Of a stretch of 64,000 nucleotides of DNA, positions 61,700 to 64,000 are shown in pieces (position 1 is the first letter of the stretch; every line of letters begins with the position of its first letter). The position numbers were made by a program, and so were the translations under genes. The stretch lies in the NCBI GenBank assembly GCA_024998755.1, contig JACEUU010000003.1, positions 1,291,331-1,355,330 on the forward strand. Direction: 5' to 3'. The DNA comes from Vampirovibrio sp. GTDB taxonomy: Bacteria; Cyanobacteriota; Vampirovibrionia; Vampirovibrionales; JAJTHC01. The notes under the pieces are model-generated. The model had not been told where the DNA came from. It saw only the letters and a list, made by a program, of their open reading frames with translations, and did no database searches.

Positions 61700-62203
61700 A
61701 TGAATGGCGTTAGGCTAAGCAATCAACTTGAATTACCCCTAAGGCAAGTGGCACAACTTCTACAAGTGCCTACTTATGTGGTAGCTCGATTGGCTATTCG
61801 GTTGCAGAATACCTTGCAAACACACCCGAAAAATAAAGAACCACTAGCAACGCCACTAGAGTCACATTCAGCCCAAGAAAATTTTTTCACTCTGGCACAA
61901 ATTCAATTGCTAGAAGACTGTATTCACGCCATTCGTCAGGGCTATAGTTTGGTAAGCATTCTTGAAGAAATAAAACAACAGGGTTCAACCAAGCATCTAA
62001 ATCTTCATTTACCGAAGGGAAAACAAAAGCCAACGCCTTCCATCCATATGAATCGACTTCCAGCTTATCGGGCGAAAACACCGCTAACTCGTCCGCAAAA
62101 AAAAGCGATTCCCCCTGTAAAGAAAAGCGTTTACACTACGCCTCAACCCTTTCCAGTACTTAAAAAACGAACTAATCCGCCAGCAGATTGGTTTAACTAT
62201 TAG
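61700..62203 (+). CDS. Hypothetical protein, possible N-terminal HTH
   Basis: 167-aa ORF. LPLRQVAQLLQVPTYVVARLAIRL is helix-turn-helix-like. Lys/Pro-rich C-terminus. Confidence 0.4.
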   Translation: MNGVRLSNQLELPLRQVAQLLQVPTYVVARLAIRLQNTLQTHPKNKEPLATPLESHSAQENFFTLAQIQLLEDCIHAIRQGYSLVSILEEIKQQGSTKHLNLHLPKGKQKPTPSIHMNRLPAYRAKTPLTRPQKKAIPPVKKSVYTTPQPFPVLKKRTNPPADWFNY

Positions 62204-62251
62204 TAACCGTATTTTTTAAAATACTCTATTTAAAAAAATTTATGACTCTCT

Positions 62252-62318
62252 GTTAATTTTAAAGCGGGCGGATGCAATCCACCCCTACGAGTTCACTAAT
62301 GATTTAAAACACTATACA
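62252..62318 (+). repeat. Family A half-copy (near-identical to the right half of 629-730)
   Basis: CTGTTAATTTTAAAGCGGGCGGATGCAATCCACCCCTACGAGTTCACTAATGATTTAAAACACTATAC. Confidence 0.7.
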
Positions 62319-62320
62319 CA

Positions 62321-62352
62321 AAAAAAAGAGGGGCTTTCGACCCTCTTTTTTA
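62321..62352. terminator. Bidirectional Rho-independent terminator
   Basis: AAAAAAAAGAGGGGCTTTCGACCCTCTTTTTT. Serves the convergent 61700-62203 gene and the adhesin gene. Confidence 0.6.
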
Positions 62353-62370
62353 ACGTTAAGAACTTAAAAA

Positions 62371-64000
62371 CTACAATGTAGGTAAGAAACTATTACCATT
62401 AGTAGTGGGTGTTAACGCATTGTTAGAAAATTCCGTTTCATCAGATCCGCCACCTTCAGCATTCACGTTACCAATATTGTTTTGAATTGAAACTGTGCCC
62501 CGTTGGCTTAAAGGTCCAGCAAAGTTCCGTAAGCTACTGGCTTGTAAACCGTCTTGAGGGGTGGCGGTGGTGCTATTTGTTGCAAGCGGTTGAACTAGCG
62601 GCAAAACCCCTTCAGGGTTTAAATTATCTGCAGTAACGCCTATACCAGTCGTAGAAATAGTAGATGTACCATTAACCATCAAGCCTGTCGTTACCAAGGC
62701 TTCTCTATCTACAAATAAAGCATCTCCAGCCACAGTACCTGATGTGCTTACAAAGTCAACATTGGGTAAATCAACCCCACGGTTACCAATATTTAATTGT
62801 AAAGCATCACCTTGCAATACCCCATTTGGTCGCCCAGCTACCACTTGGGTTACCCCATCAGCCGTTAAGCTAACGGTACCATTATTGGCGGAAACGACCC
62901 CCGGAATTTGTACAAATTCATTGGAAAGGGAAATGTCTTGACCTGAAATGACATTACCTGAAATGAAGGTTTGCTCAGGCGTACCGTTATTGGTACCATC
63001 ATTATTACCAGTTAAAAATACACTACCATTGGGGGTTGTAACACTACCATTTCCAAAAACACTCAAGTTATCATCAGCTGTCACGTTAACATCGCCGTTG
63101 GCTGAACTAACTTGTCCCCAAACATTAACCGTATTACTGGTAGCAGCTGGGTTTTGAGGAGCCAAGCCACCTGGAACAAAGGGTATATTAACTGAAGATT
63201 TAGCCGTAATAACCACACCATTATCGCCTGAAATACTAGCTAATGTTTGGGTTGGTGAACCGATAGAAATATTCTGACGAGCATTCAACGTCGTAACACC
63301 CGTTGAATCAACAAAGGCATTATTTCTGACTGAAATATTATAATTGGCATTTAATGTGGTATCCCCTTGGGTGGTAATACCTTCATTAATGGTAATATTT
63401 CGACCAGCCGTTAGGGTTAAATTACCCACATTATCCCGAGAAACAGCGTTATTGACACTCAAATCACGTTGTGCTTGGAAATCCAAATTGCCCACGGCGG
63501 TTTTAATAAAATCAGTATCAACAAAATGAGTCGTAGTAGTATCTACACCACCCCCTGTTTTGATATTTAAGTCAAATGGGTCAAATAAAATTGAACCAGA
63601 CTCACCCACATTGGCATAGCCTGAAACACCCAGTAAGCCTTTTGAAGATATTTCTGCGTTGCCACCGCCGTTGCCACCAGCAGCCAACAATCTACCCGTA
63701 AAGCTAGTATCCTTGTTGCTCCAAACCACGATAGAACCACCCTTGCCAGCATCACCACCATTGGCTTTCAACGTACCAGCAACAACCGTAAATTCAGCTG
63801 TTGGCGTTAAGCCCTTGCCTTTAAAATCGCCGCCAACCCGAATACTACCACCGTTGCCCACAGCGGAATCAGTATCAATGGTTCCGGCTACTGAAACGGT
63901 TTTACCCAATACATCAACCGAACCGCCTGCGGCTTGAATTAACCCATCAGAACTAGCAGACCCATTGGCTGCTAATAAAACCACTTCTCCTTTAACATTT
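62371..64000 (-). CDS. C-terminal portion of a large beta-helical repeat exoprotein (filamentous haemagglutinin/adhesin-like); 5' end beyond window
   Basis: Gly/Asn/Thr/Ser/Val-rich degenerate repeats (GNVISG, TVTGGN, SVSANNGTVSLTA) typical of TpsA-type or autotransporter beta-helices. Open to the window edge. Confidence 0.65.
   Translation of the reverse strand, partial: NVKGEVVLLAANGSASSDGLIQAAGGSVDVLGKTVSVAGTIDTDSAVGNGGSIRVGGDFKGKGLTPTAEFTVVAGTLKANGGDAGKGGSIVVWSNKDTSFTGRLLAAGGNGGGNAEISSKGLLGVSGYANVGESGSILFDPFDLNIKTGGGVDTTTTHFVDTDFIKTAVGNLDFQAQRDLSVNNAVSRDNVGNLTLTAGRNITINEGITTQGDTTLNANYNISVRNNAFVDSTGVTTLNARQNISIGSPTQTLASISGDNGVVITAKSSVNIPFVPGGLAPQNPAATSNTVNVWGQVSSANGDVNVTADDNLSVFGNGSVTTPNGSVFLTGNNDGTNNGTPEQTFISGNVISGQDISLSNEFVQIPGVVSANNGTVSLTADGVTQVVAGRPNGVLQGDALQLNIGNRGVDLPNVDFVSTSGTVAGDALFVDREALVTTGLMVNGTSTISTTGIGVTADNLNPEGVLPLVQPLATNSTTATPQDGLQASSLRNFAGPLSQRGTVSIQNNIGNVNAEGGGSDETEFSNNALTPTTNGNSFLPTL

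Overview
The window splits into two parts. About 0-29.5 kb and 53-64 kb are ordinary chromosomal backbone. About 29.5-53 kb is a decaying accessory and defence island.

Backbone genes: aroE, class I ribonucleotide reductase alpha, an RpoD-family sigma factor, RNase HIII, small-type purL, otsA-otsB, the infC-rpmI-rplT operon, secG, nadE, an HI0933-family flavoprotein, and tRNA-Cys, tRNA-Pro and tRNA-Ala.

Other contents outside the island: two type IV prepilin-like genes. An ArsR/SqrR-like repressor with a rhodanese gene and a CoA-disulfide-reductase-rhodanese fusion gene, which looks like a persulfide-stress operon. A copA carrying an in-frame amber codon.

The island holds gene remnants: PLD-helicase, hipB, hsdM and serine recombinase fragments, plus an intact-looking hsdS. 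It also holds a DUF1643 gene followed by a 1351-aa DSR2-like SIR2 protein, a Fic gene flanked by 50-bp direct repeats, and a four-gene minus-strand operon. That operon encodes a DUF3883 SNF2-type helicase, a DUF1156 N6-adenine methyltransferase, a DUF499 (BrxC-like) ATPase, and a 995-aa protein with an N-terminal PHP phosphoesterase domain fused to a coiled-coil SMC/OLD-like ABC ATPase. The helicase N-terminus was removed by an IS insertion or deletion.

The sequence is unusually rich in mobile and repeated DNA. There are three copies of a 1.16-kb IS5-like element, a degraded IS1-family element, and at least six families of 50-250 bp dispersed repeats. One 230-bp family sits beside tRNA genes and shows compensatory base changes between copies.

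Taxon cannot be assigned from sequence alone. Everything here is read from sequence and motif recognition; no searches were run.
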